This document shows positions 17,012-26,566 of a DNA stretch of 34,344 bases, piece by piece. This DNA comes from an uncultured archaeon (GTDB lineage: Archaea; Asgardarchaeota; Heimdallarchaeia; Heimdallarchaeales; Heimdallarchaeaceae). Numbering within the stretch: the first letter of the stretch is position 1; each line of letters begins with the position of its first letter. The stretch is taken from the NCBI GenBank assembly GCA_964549075.1, contig CAZJUB010000026.1:1-34344 (forward strand), given 5' to 3'. Both the position numbers and the translations under genes were made by a program. The notes under the pieces are model-generated. The model was not told where the DNA came from, did not search any database, and was given only the letters and a program-made list of their open reading frames with translations.

Positions 17012-20000
17012 ATGGATAAAACACTTCGAGTTTTGATTGGTACCTTTATTTTAGTCATTACAATTGGCTCAGCTGTAGTGATTGGTATTATTCTTCCTAG
17101 AAATTCTATTCTTACAATGAATGATATCAACTCCGAATTAGATTTTTACGGTCAATTAAACAATGCAGATTTTGTTAGAGAGGGGACAGGAGCCACTCCT
17201 TCTGACTGGATGTATACAGGTATTTCAAATGCAGATTCAAGGTTTTATGATCAAGCCCACTTCGAATTTTTTAATGTATCAGATCGTAGAGGTTACCTTG
17301 ACTATAATACACCAATATCATACTACTTTGTACAAGGAGAACTTGTCTTTGATATGACAGTTAACAAAACAATTAAGGATTATAATATAGATGATGATTA
17401 TATTGTATATGCTAACAGAAAGCAATATACTTTCAATGCAACAGCGTCAACATTGTTTGGTAATGAAACTGTTTTGAATTTTAATTATATGTGGCCATAT
17501 TATTTAGAAAAATTTGGAAATGGGACAGAGTTTGGATTCCAAGCATACATGGCTTCTTATTTGATAAATTCTGAACTTGAAACAATAAAAACTCTGAAAG
17601 GATGGACAGATGCAGATGTCGCATATGCTCTCCTCAATAAAGCATATGCCGAATCAGAAAACATTATAGATTTAGGAATTTATCTTCCACACAACTGGAT
17701 AAGTGTCAGACCAGCATACAAGGATCTAGATTTTGATGCTGCTACAAGTTACCAAATACTCTTTAATGCAACATATAATGGGCATGATTATTCGCTGATA
17801 ACTGGTGAAAGTGGGTCTCAGAAATTTTTCCTTGATTTGGTGAAAGGATTATACTATGACCCTGCAGATATTACAATTGATCCGATACAGTTATTAGCAG
17901 ATGTTTATGGGATTAGCACTGAATCAGAGAGATTAGCAGCCATGTCTTTTGCAGCTTATCTAAATTACCTTCTAGATGAACCAGCCTTAGACTGGCTTTA
18001 TGATCATAAAATCTCATACGTTTGTTCTAGAACAACAATGGAATGGGTGTTGGGAATTGAGGATCCTCTTTTAGGAGAAACCTTTTCATTAATTAAAAAC
18101 GAAACTCTTTCTAGCGATAGCATCGATTGGGATACAGACATGTATACAGCTGAAAAATTGGGAACTTACGATAAAACTAAAACAAATGAGATTATTGCAG
18201 TAGCTAACATACCTTACTATGAATATGGAGAATCAAAAGATGTAGTAGTCGAAGGAAATTATGCATATGTACAAGAAGGAAATCAAATAAAAATTGTTCA
18301 ATTAGATAGCCCACTTTTCTTAGCAGTTGCTCAATATGGGGATCGTAATAGAAATCCTGATGTTAATGGAGAAACAGATTATTACACTTTAGGAAAAATT
18401 GAATCATATGATGTCTGTAATAGTTATGTTTATGTCGCTGAAGGACCTGATGGTTTAGAGATAATCGATGCTCGGAATAAGGAAGAACTCTTACAAGAGC
18501 AGTGGAGTTATTATGGCTTTGATGACATGTATGACGTTAAAGCTGTCCTATTCGATGAAAATAGTGGCAATACTTCCTTAATTATTGCTAATGGTATCTA
18601 TGGCGTGGATATTGTTGAGACTGATGGAGCTACAGGCTTACCTCTAGATGATGTATGGTCAGAAAGTGCGGATGGTGTAGTCTATGCTATTGATGTTAAA
18701 AATGACACTTCCTATTCTGCTTATGCTGCACTAGGTGTCGATGGTATTGACACTTACACAATTGATGCAGCTGGATCTGATGTTATAACTCTTGCAAATC
18801 ATTATACATCGTTAGATTTTCCAGAATTGACAAATGTTTTAGACATACAAGTTGCTGGATATAGTCTTTATGTTTTGGATGAGACAAATGGAGTTTTGAT
18901 GTTCCAATTAGGAGTGGTAACAGGTACTATTGATTCGTTATTAGGTCAATATAATCCTGGAGTACCTATCTACGATATGTATGTAGATGAAGCAAACCAT
19001 CTTCTCTATTTAGCTTTAGGAGATGGGGGTCTAGAAGTTATAGATATAAGCTCTAAATCTAGCCCATCTGTAGATGCCACATTTAATGGAGTTGAACATA
19101 AAGGAACAGCTCTAGGTGTTGTTGGGATTGATAACAACATTTACTTAGCTGACTATACTGAAGGATTAGTTCATTTAACAAAACAAGGTTCTAACATCAT
19201 ATACCTTGCAAAAGACGAATTACATGCATTTGCTGATCAATGGAATAGAGATAGTAAAGTTGAATACAGTAATTGGGATCTTGGACCAACAGCAAAACTT
19301 GCAGACATTTCTTTTGATGCTATGTATACCTCATATTCTACTTATCCTGGTATCGAAAGAGGGTTAAGATTACAGTGGAATGATATGTTTTTAAGACCTT
19401 TCGCATATACATCAGAAACTGATACAGCACTCTTCTTTGAGGAAACAGTATACTATTACAAAGCAGAATATCAAGTCCCATATAGGCAAATGGAACAATA
19501 TGCTTTATATTGGATGCACGATGCAAATTTCATCAATTCCTCATATTTTTATGCTGGCTTATGGAACGAGGATTTTGGACTGAACTTAAATCCACAAGAT
19601 CTTTATATTACACTCTCACTTCCTGGACAACCTAGAGATCCATTCCACATGCATGAAATGTTTGTAGAACCTGTAACGGGGAGTGTGTTTGAAAGAAGAG
19701 ATAGAATACAGTATAATACATTAGCAACTGACTACATTGAGTACTATTCATTTTTAGATCCATATAAATTCGGATTGAATGAACCATACTTCGATCCATC
19801 TGATCTTGAACCGTTCAACCTTTACACCACTTGGCATACAACTTTCCCAGGATTAACTGGAGATATGGGAACATTATTCTGGCAAGAAAATGTGCGTACA
19901 GCAACAAGAGTATTTTATGACGACATCAAAGAACAGTTCCTCAACAGAATAAGAGCAGCTGATGCTGCTAGAACTGGAGGAGCTTTTGGTGCAATGTTTC

Positions 20001-20065
20001 TAGTTACTGCTGGATTTATAGCTACTTCCGTAGTCTTACAAAGGACAAAACCTAGAGAAGATTAA
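17012..20065 (+). CDS. CD36/scavenger receptor class B-like two-TM surface protein with an inserted LVIVD-repeat beta-propeller
   Basis: TM helices at both termini. CD36-like motifs FEFFNVSD, RTTMEWVLGIEDPLL and HEMFVEPVTGSVFERRDRIQYN. LVIVD-like repeats (YVYVAEGPDGLEIIDA, LLYLALGDGGLEVIDIS, IYLADYTEGL) at aa ~407-723. Many N-x-S/T sequons. Confidence 0.7.
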   Translation: MDKTLRVLIGTFILVITIGSAVVIGIILPRNSILTMNDINSELDFYGQLNNADFVREGTGATPSDWMYTGISNADSRFYDQAHFEFFNVSDRRGYLDYNTPISYYFVQGELVFDMTVNKTIKDYNIDDDYIVYANRKQYTFNATASTLFGNETVLNFNYMWPYYLEKFGNGTEFGFQAYMASYLINSELETIKTLKGWTDADVAYALLNKAYAESENIIDLGIYLPHNWISVRPAYKDLDFDAATSYQILFNATYNGHDYSLITGESGSQKFFLDLVKGLYYDPADITIDPIQLLADVYGISTESERLAAMSFAAYLNYLLDEPALDWLYDHKISYVCSRTTMEWVLGIEDPLLGETFSLIKNETLSSDSIDWDTDMYTAEKLGTYDKTKTNEIIAVANIPYYEYGESKDVVVEGNYAYVQEGNQIKIVQLDSPLFLAVAQYGDRNRNPDVNGETDYYTLGKIESYDVCNSYVYVAEGPDGLEIIDARNKEELLQEQWSYYGFDDMYDVKAVLFDENSGNTSLIIANGIYGVDIVETDGATGLPLDDVWSESADGVVYAIDVKNDTSYSAYAALGVDGIDTYTIDAAGSDVITLANHYTSLDFPELTNVLDIQVAGYSLYVLDETNGVLMFQLGVVTGTIDSLLGQYNPGVPIYDMYVDEANHLLYLALGDGGLEVIDISSKSSPSVDATFNGVEHKGTALGVVGIDNNIYLADYTEGLVHLTKQGSNIIYLAKDELHAFADQWNRDSKVEYSNWDLGPTAKLADISFDAMYTSYSTYPGIERGLRLQWNDMFLRPFAYTSETDTALFFEETVYYYKAEYQVPYRQMEQYALYWMHDANFINSSYFYAGLWNEDFGLNLNPQDLYITLSLPGQPRDPFHMHEMFVEPVTGSVFERRDRIQYNTLATDYIEYYSFLDPYKFGLNEPYFDPSDLEPFNLYTTWHTTFPGLTGDMGTLFWQENVRTATRVFYDDIKEQFLNRIRAADAARTGGAFGAMFLVTAGFIATSVVLQRTKPRED

Positions 20066-20090
20066 ATTCTTCTTTTATTTTCTTATTTTT

Positions 20091-21536
20091 CTATTTTTTC
20101 TTAGGGGTTAGAGTTTCTTCTACGTTCAGCAGTTGTATTGTATGAGTTTTGCCAGATATGCCAACTAAAGAACCAGCAATGATAACAACATTATCATCAT
20201 CTTCAAGATATTCAAGTCCTCGCATTTCTTTTATAACTTTGCAAACCAAAGTATCATAATCTGGTTCAAACTCATGCAAGAACGGTTTAACACCCCAATA
20301 TAACCTTGTTCTACGTTTAGTGTCTTGATTAGGTGTAACTGCAAAGATGGGTATATTACTTCTATTCCTTGAAGCCATACTAGCTGAATAACCAGATTTA
20401 GTTAAAGCTATAATAGCTTTTGCAGAGGTCGTCTCAGCTAAATTAACAGCTGAAATACCTATCTCTTTTCCAATGTTTATGCTTGTTTCTTTCACTAGGG
20501 GAACATTCAAGGACATGTTCTTTTCAGCTTCTCCAATTATCTCTTCCATAATTTTAAGCACTTGCAAAGGGTGGATACCTGTAGCAGTTTCTGCAGAAAG
20601 CATGAGTGCATCTGCACCATCAAACACTGCATATGCAACATCACTTGCTTCTGCTCGAGTAGGTAGATATTCTTTAGTCATTGATTCTAACATTTGAGTA
20701 GCAACAATGACTGGTTTAGCGTAAATCATCCCTAGTTTGATAAGTTCTTTCTGAACAACAGGTACTTTTGCAAGCCCTACTTCTATAGCAAGATCTCCTC
20801 GAGCTACCATCAAACCATTACTATATGCTATAATATCATTAATATCTTTTAAGGGATCTCTGTGTTCTATTTTTGCAATCAAGGGAATATTACGGTTTGT
20901 ACATGATTCAACTATCTCTCTAACTTTTTTGAGATCATCGACTTGTCTGACAAAAGATATGAATAGCATATCAGTTTCCAATTCACAAGCTTTTTCCAAA
21001 TCCTTGACATCCTTAGGAGTAGGAACTCTAATTGATAGGTTGGCTTCAGGAACGTTTACACCCTTTCTTGAAGATATTTCTCCACCATCAAGAACTGTAC
21101 ATAGAATATCCTCATTTTTGATTTCCTTAGCTTCTAATTTCACTAAACCATCATTAATGAAAATTGAATTACCTACACTAACTTCTTTTGAGAAGGTAGG
21201 ATAATTAACGGGGATTAATGTACTTGTTGCGATAACATCCCGAGATGTAAGTGTAATTTCAGTATTGTTTTCTAAATTAATTGTATTTTCAAAATCTCCG
21301 AGTCTAATTTTAGGACCGCTTATATCTATTCCAATTGCAACATCATCACTTAAGTTACGAATTAGATCAAAAACCTTCTGATGGCTTTCATGAGTACCAT
21401 GAGAAAAATTTAATCGAGCTACATCCATCCCCGAATCTATCATCTTCTTAAGAACATCAGAAGTATTAGAAGCAGGACCAATAGTACAGATTATCTTTGT
21501 TAATCTCACTCTTATCATTTTAAAATTAACTTTCAC
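20091..21536 (-). CDS. pyk: Pyruvate kinase (likely start ATG 21518)
   Basis: TKIICTIGPAS, ARLNFSHG, GPKIR, IAKIE, MVARGDL, ATQMLESM, PTRAEASDV, DGADALMLSAET. Confidence 0.97.
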   Translation of the reverse strand: MKVNFKMIRVRLTKIICTIGPASNTSDVLKKMIDSGMDVARLNFSHGTHESHQKVFDLIRNLSDDVAIGIDISGPKIRLGDFENTINLENNTEITLTSRDVIATSTLIPVNYPTFSKEVSVGNSIFINDGLVKLEAKEIKNEDILCTVLDGGEISSRKGVNVPEANLSIRVPTPKDVKDLEKACELETDMLFISFVRQVDDLKKVREIVESCTNRNIPLIAKIEHRDPLKDINDIIAYSNGLMVARGDLAIEVGLAKVPVVQKELIKLGMIYAKPVIVATQMLESMTKEYLPTRAEASDVAYAVFDGADALMLSAETATGIHPLQVLKIMEEIIGEAEKNMSLNVPLVKETSINIGKEIGISAVNLAETTSAKAIIALTKSGYSASMASRNRSNIPIFAVTPNQDTKRRTRLYWGVKPFLHEFEPDYDTLVCKVIKEMRGLEYLEDDDNVVIIAGSLVGISGKTHTIQLLNVEETLTPKKK

Positions 21537-21601
21537 ACATTAAAATGTTTAGGGCCCTCTTACGAAACGATTAAAAGTAAGTAAACATTATAGAAAATGC
21601 T

Positions 21602-22990
21602 ATGGAATCAAGTTCTCCCAAACCAGTTTCTGTAAAAGCAAGAAATGTTCTTCCAGATGATGTAGAATTACCAAATTTTGACTTTGAAGAGATGATTATT
21701 GAACATTACAAGAGGTTTCCAAGAACAGCTGAAATGGTAGAAAAACCTAGATTTGTTCGTGCATTAAAACAACCTTTTAGAAGATTCTACCTGTTACCTA
21801 TATCATTTTTTAAATTAAAATTGAACACCATTTTATCTTTGAGATGGAAAGAATACCTCAAGTTATGGATTTATATTACAATTTTATTTATCCCCACAAT
21901 TATATTCACAATAATTCCATTAGAAAAAGCTTTTACACCAACTACACCTGGACTTGTAGGGAGATCTGATGCTTATATCATTTTCAGATGGATAACTGAT
22001 ATATTGTTTAATGTAGGAACACCAATTCTGATAGCAATATTACTTTCTTTATTTTATCTAAAATACACTCATGATGGGTTTTTGGCACTAGTTCAAGCTA
22101 AAAGAGTAGAATTTGTTGAACAACCAGTAAGAGAATATTATACAAAATATTATGATAGACCTTTACCAAAAAATCCTCTTATCATTCTAGCATCTTTAGC
22201 TGCTGGTATTGGAATTCAGGTTCCAATGCTCAACATAGCTATTAGAGACGGTTTAACAGCAGCTACAGCATTTGGGATTTTAGCATGCATTTTCAATCCT
22301 TTGTTATTTTACATCTTCTTCTTAGCCACCTATTATATGATTTTGAATACAAGAATATATGCTAAAACATTAAAACCTTTCAAAGAGAGAATGAACACTT
22401 ATCTTAATGAATATGGAACCCTTCTTAACAAAGAAAATTATGATATGATTTGGTCACTTGGAGATAAATGGTCCAAAGGGAGATCTATTACTCAACTAGA
22501 AAATATTCCTACAGCGGGAATACTTTCTACCTTAATAATCATAATTGCAATGGGGATGGGGAATGTTAATGAGCTAATTTATGGAATAAATGAAAAAATG
22601 ATTACCAATCCAATAAACTTTCTCTTTTTAAATTCAGATCAACCCGCAACAATCCTTGTAGTTACATTATCAGCTTTAGTAGCTGCTTTAATGGTTTTAG
22701 TCATTTTCATTCCTTTAATTGCATTTAATGGAAAAGCAAAAAAATTCAAAATTAAGGCTCTTATAGAATTAGATAATTATATTTTTGCTAATGTGGTTGA
22801 ATTTGGAGAGAAATATTCAGAAGAAGCTAAACAGGAGAATCTACAGATGCTCCAGCTTAGAGAATATGTAGCCTCAATGAGAACTTTTCCTATATCTACA
22901 CAAAAAATCTTCAGAACATTAATGGCGATAATTCTGTGGGTCTTGAATATAATTAAGATTATTAAGTCAGTTGGAGGAGGAGCGAGTTAG
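21602..22990 (+). CDS. Polytopic membrane protein (about 6-7 TM), unknown function
   Basis: Several long hydrophobic segments. Stop codon directly abuts the next ATG, and its last codons contain a GGAGGAGG SD-like motif. Confidence 0.8.
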   Translation: MESSSPKPVSVKARNVLPDDVELPNFDFEEMIIEHYKRFPRTAEMVEKPRFVRALKQPFRRFYLLPISFFKLKLNTILSLRWKEYLKLWIYITILFIPTIIFTIIPLEKAFTPTTPGLVGRSDAYIIFRWITDILFNVGTPILIAILLSLFYLKYTHDGFLALVQAKRVEFVEQPVREYYTKYYDRPLPKNPLIILASLAAGIGIQVPMLNIAIRDGLTAATAFGILACIFNPLLFYIFFLATYYMILNTRIYAKTLKPFKERMNTYLNEYGTLLNKENYDMIWSLGDKWSKGRSITQLENIPTAGILSTLIIIIAMGMGNVNELIYGINEKMITNPINFLFLNSDQPATILVVTLSALVAALMVLVIFIPLIAFNGKAKKFKIKALIELDNYIFANVVEFGEKYSEEAKQENLQMLQLREYVASMRTFPISTQKIFRTLMAIILWVLNIIKIIKSVGGGAS

Positions 22991-24130
22991 ATGTCATGGT
23001 TAAAGAAAAAGTTGTTTCGAAGAAAAATTTCTATTTCAGTTATAGGAGTAGGGAATGCTGGATGTCGTATAGGAGATAAGCTCATTCATCATTTAAAGGA
23101 GAGTAGAATTGCTGTAAAATCTCTTGCCATCAATCAAGTTGATAATTTTTCAACAAGTATTAGTAACTTTTCAGAACATCTGTGGTTTGGATCAAAAGAT
23201 TATGTGTCATCAGACTATGATATAGAAAGTGCTTTACAAGAATTATCTAAAAATGAGATACAACTTAGTAATCAAATTGATAAGGTTTTATTCTATACAA
23301 AACAAGACAAAAGAGAGGCTGATGACTATGCACTACACCTAATTGTAGCTAGTGGAGGAGGAACTGGCAGTGCAGGTTCTATGAAAGTTAGTAAAATTAT
23401 AGCAGAAAATACTGGAGTTCCTCCAACTGTGATTTTTGTCTTACCTGAAGAAAATGAGCCATCTTTAGTTCAATATAATTCAGCAAGAGCACTTTATTAC
23501 TTAGGATTTGATTCCCAAGGACCAAAATGTCCAATAATTCTATTTGATAATGATAAATTACTTCGTTTATTTGAGGAAGACAAGGTTGAAATTGCTTTAG
23601 AGAAAAGCAATGAATTTCTAGCAGAATCTCTTACTACAACTATACTTGCAGCACTTCAAGAAAGTACTCACGAGGAATTTAATGCAGATTTAATTGATTT
23701 CTTTCATTCTTTCTCTGAAGAAGCAAGAGGATTAGGAGTAATTATTGCTTTAGATAGAGAATTCGAAACTCTAGAAAAAGCACAAAGTATTAGATTCTCA
23801 GACTTATTCTTCAATGAAATTGACGACAGCTCAAGTTTAACAGCAGACATTACAAGGGCCAAATTAGGATTCTTAGCAATAACCTCTCCAACAACCTATC
23901 AGTCTACCTTTGAAACAAGGAAAATTGTAAAGAAATTCGAACGTGGAAGTATCAAAGCATCTCTCAATTCAATAGATGAACCTATTTTAACAATTCGAGG
24001 AGTATTAACTGGTATTCATCCAGATTATGTGGAAAGATTTTGGGAAGTATTAGAGAAAGGAAGAGATAGTAGAAAGAAAATTCTTGAAACTGAGGAGAAA
24101 ATAAGGCAAGCTTATCTTGAAATAGATTGA
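22991..24130 (+). CDS. Tubulin/FtsZ superfamily GTPase (divergent, not canonical FtsZ)
   Basis: VIGVGNAGCRIG (T1), ASGGGTGSAG (T4 signature), VLPEENE (T5), LFDND (T6), FNADLIDF (T7, NxDxxD). Confidence 0.88.
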   Translation: MSWLKKKLFRRKISISVIGVGNAGCRIGDKLIHHLKESRIAVKSLAINQVDNFSTSISNFSEHLWFGSKDYVSSDYDIESALQELSKNEIQLSNQIDKVLFYTKQDKREADDYALHLIVASGGGTGSAGSMKVSKIIAENTGVPPTVIFVLPEENEPSLVQYNSARALYYLGFDSQGPKCPIILFDNDKLLRLFEEDKVEIALEKSNEFLAESLTTTILAALQESTHEEFNADLIDFFHSFSEEARGLGVIIALDREFETLEKAQSIRFSDLFFNEIDDSSSLTADITRAKLGFLAITSPTTYQSTFETRKIVKKFERGSIKASLNSIDEPILTIRGVLTGIHPDYVERFWEVLEKGRDSRKKILETEEKIRQAYLEID

Positions 24131-24184
24131 GATTCCTTTACACTTCATCTCTCTCATTTTTATCCAAACCAAATTCATATAAAG

Positions 24185-25159
24185 ATGCAAACTTTTCTTA
24201 TTTTGAATAATATGAGTGAGACTCAAGACTGTCCTTCTTGTTATAGAAAAATAAAGTCAAATTCTCGTTTCTGCAAATACTGTGGTACTACTCTTAAACT
24301 ATGTCCTAAATGCTCTACTTTGAATAAAGGAGATGGTTCTTTTTGTGCAGAATGTGGTGCAGATATAAGTTCTGTTGAAGTAGCTGAAAGTTATTCAAAA
24401 CGAGAACCGTTAACAGCGGAAGAAGAAAAAGCTCAAGCAAAAGAGTTTCTTGAAGAAGGAGGATTAAACAGAAGACAACAGCTGATTGTTTGGCCTCCAT
24501 CAAGAGATGATGTTAGATATTACACTCAAGCACAATCTAGAGCAAGACGACCTTATTCCTATACTGATTATCTTGATAAAGAGCCAACATATGAACCTAA
24601 GAAAGTGAATTATACATATAGTAGGGTAAGAATCCTAGGATTTTTGGGGGGACCTTTACCAACTTCAAGTGTACTAAGCTCAGTTGTAGAAGCTTTCGGG
24701 ATCGCATTAGCTCTAATTGCTTTAGGAATCGTTATTTTCTCTATTGGAATGGCATTTTTTCAATATCTTATATTTCCGATTATTTCAGGTGTACTTGGTG
24801 GAGCTTTCTTGTTATCAGCGCCGTTCTTTGGAATTTACTATGTAAGCTCAAATTGGTTATATAGGACTTTTGAGATTAAGAGACCTGTAAAATTGATGAC
24901 CATTATTTGGAATTATACCTTAGCTTCCTTTATTTTTGCTATATTAGCATTAATGATAGCACCTATCTTCATCCAAGGTGGAGCTCTCGCTATAACATTT
25001 ACTGTTGTAGGAGGTATTGTGTATATAATGGGATTAATTATTGTACCTCTCAAAGCATATTTAGCTGATTTAGTTTATGTTAAGGCGGCTGTTAACGCAA
25101 GAGAAAAAGAATCAGAAGATGAGAACGAAATAGAAAATAAGAAAAATGTGGAGAAATGA
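24185..25159 (+). CDS. Double zinc ribbon (DZR) domain membrane protein (likely start ATG 24212)
   Basis: CPSC..FCKYCG..CPKC..FCAECG followed by about 4 TM segments. Confidence 0.85.
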   Translation: MQTFLILNNMSETQDCPSCYRKIKSNSRFCKYCGTTLKLCPKCSTLNKGDGSFCAECGADISSVEVAESYSKREPLTAEEEKAQAKEFLEEGGLNRRQQLIVWPPSRDDVRYYTQAQSRARRPYSYTDYLDKEPTYEPKKVNYTYSRVRILGFLGGPLPTSSVLSSVVEAFGIALALIALGIVIFSIGMAFFQYLIFPIISGVLGGAFLLSAPFFGIYYVSSNWLYRTFEIKRPVKLMTIIWNYTLASFIFAILALMIAPIFIQGGALAITFTVVGGIVYIMGLIIVPLKAYLADLVYVKAAVNAREKESEDENEIENKKNVEK

Positions 25160-25188
25160 CAGATTATTTATTTTATTTCTCCAGAATT

Positions 25189-25791
25189 TTATTTTGGAGC
25201 TAATTTTGCAATAGTAGCCGAATCATCAGTTTCAATAATACCATTATTTCTTAAATCATGAAGCGCTTTAATAATAGCTGCAGGTGAAAAACCAGTGGTT
25301 TTTACTAATTCATCTCTTGTCCATTCATCTTTATCAACTCCTTGGAGAAGTAAGAGAATTTTTGTGTGAGGATTAGCTGCAAAAACCTTTTCGAAGAGAA
25401 TTGTATAGATTTCTAACAATTCTTGAACATCTAGTTCTTGAGCTCTTTCTGCTGCCATTTCTTCATATATTTCACGAAGTCCAGAAAGTTGTTTCTCAAC
25501 ACTTTCTAGTTGGGTTTTGTATTTATTAGCTTCCGTAAGAGCTTCATCAACCTTAGTATCTTTTGTTTCATATTCTTGTTTTAACTGTGTAAACTTCTCT
25601 TCTATTTCCTTCATTTTAGTTTTTAATTCACTATTTTCCTTGACAATATCATCAGAATAAGAGGAAAGCTTAGTTAGAACATTAGGTAATTTAGCAAATT
25701 TATCCTTAATCTGGTCGTAAAGCTCAATAAACTCTTCTAATGGTGTTTTTTCAAACTCAGACATATTGTTTGACTCTTTTGTGTACAGCAA
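25189..25791 (-). CDS. Coiled-coil protein with a C-terminal winged helix-turn-helix (likely start ATG 25764)
   Basis: Heptad-rich E/K segment, then PHTKILLLL..WTRDELVKTTGFSPAAIIKALHDLRNNGIIE. Confidence 0.75.
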   Translation of the reverse strand: MLYTKESNNMSEFEKTPLEEFIELYDQIKDKFAKLPNVLTKLSSYSDDIVKENSELKTKMKEIEEKFTQLKQEYETKDTKVDEALTEANKYKTQLESVEKQLSGLREIYEEMAAERAQELDVQELLEIYTILFEKVFAANPHTKILLLLQGVDKDEWTRDELVKTTGFSPAAIIKALHDLRNNGIIETDDSATIAKLAPK

Positions 25792-25864
25792 TATTAATTT
25801 TGTGTCAAAGGTATTAGCAACATTGGCAAAAACTTATTATGTCTTCACTCAAATCCTCTTTATC

Positions 25865-26566
25865 ATGGATGCAGTTATTCTTTGTGGTGGGCTCGGTACC
25901 AGAATTAGGACTGTTACTAAAGATAGTTATCCAAAAGCTATGATACAGCTCGTTGGAAAAACAATTTTGGAGTGGGAGATGTCGTGGTTAAAGAAGCATG
26001 GAATAGATCATGCAATATTAGCAGTAAGATACCTTGCAGCTTATATAGAGGAGCAATATGGAAGTACATTTGAAACAGATTATGGGGATATCAATGTAAG
26101 TTACAGTAAAGAACGAGACAAATTAGGTTCAGGAGGAGCGGTAAAACATGCAATGGATTTTATTTCCAGTTCTAATGTTATCATAATGAATGGGGACATT
26201 ATTACAAATTTCAACTTAGGAGATATGATTAAAAAATATAAACGAGATAATAAGCAAGGGTCAATAGCTGTTGCCAAGATGAGGAGCCCATTTGGTATTG
26301 TAGAAATTGATGAAAAAGAAGATATTTTGGAATTCAAAGAAAAACCTATTCTCAGTCATTGGATTCATGCAGGAGTGGATATTTTTTCAGCTGAAGTTCT
26401 AGATCGATTTCCGGTGAAAGGACAAATGGAAGAGACAATTTTCGTGGAACTCGCAGAAGAAAACCAACTTAAAGCATTCAAGATAGATGAGCATTACTTC
26501 TGGAGAAGTATAGATAATCCGAAAGATGTCCTAGAAACCGAAAAACAATGGAAAGGATTAGACTAG
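25865..26566 (+). CDS. Sugar-phosphate nucleotidyltransferase (NTP_transferase family, no LbH domain)
   Basis: AVILCGGLGTR, PKAMI, LGSGGAVK, MNGDI, FKEKP, WRSIDNPKD. Start reassigned from 25766 to ATG 25865 to avoid overlap with the divergent gene. Confidence 0.9.
   Translation: MDAVILCGGLGTRIRTVTKDSYPKAMIQLVGKTILEWEMSWLKKHGIDHAILAVRYLAAYIEEQYGSTFETDYGDINVSYSKERDKLGSGGAVKHAMDFISSSNVIIMNGDIITNFNLGDMIKKYKRDNKQGSIAVAKMRSPFGIVEIDEKEDILEFKEKPILSHWIHAGVDIFSAEVLDRFPVKGQMEETIFVELAEENQLKAFKIDEHYFWRSIDNPKDVLETEKQWKGLD

Noticed and set aside
22991-24130. Calling this gene ftsZ or cetZ
   Set aside because: It lacks the GAG-type T3 loop and FtsZ tail; the subfamily cannot be assigned without a phylogeny.
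25766-25864. N-terminal extension of the nucleotidyltransferase given by the ORF track
   Set aside because: It overlaps the divergent gene's upstream region, and the family motif begins right at ATG 25865.
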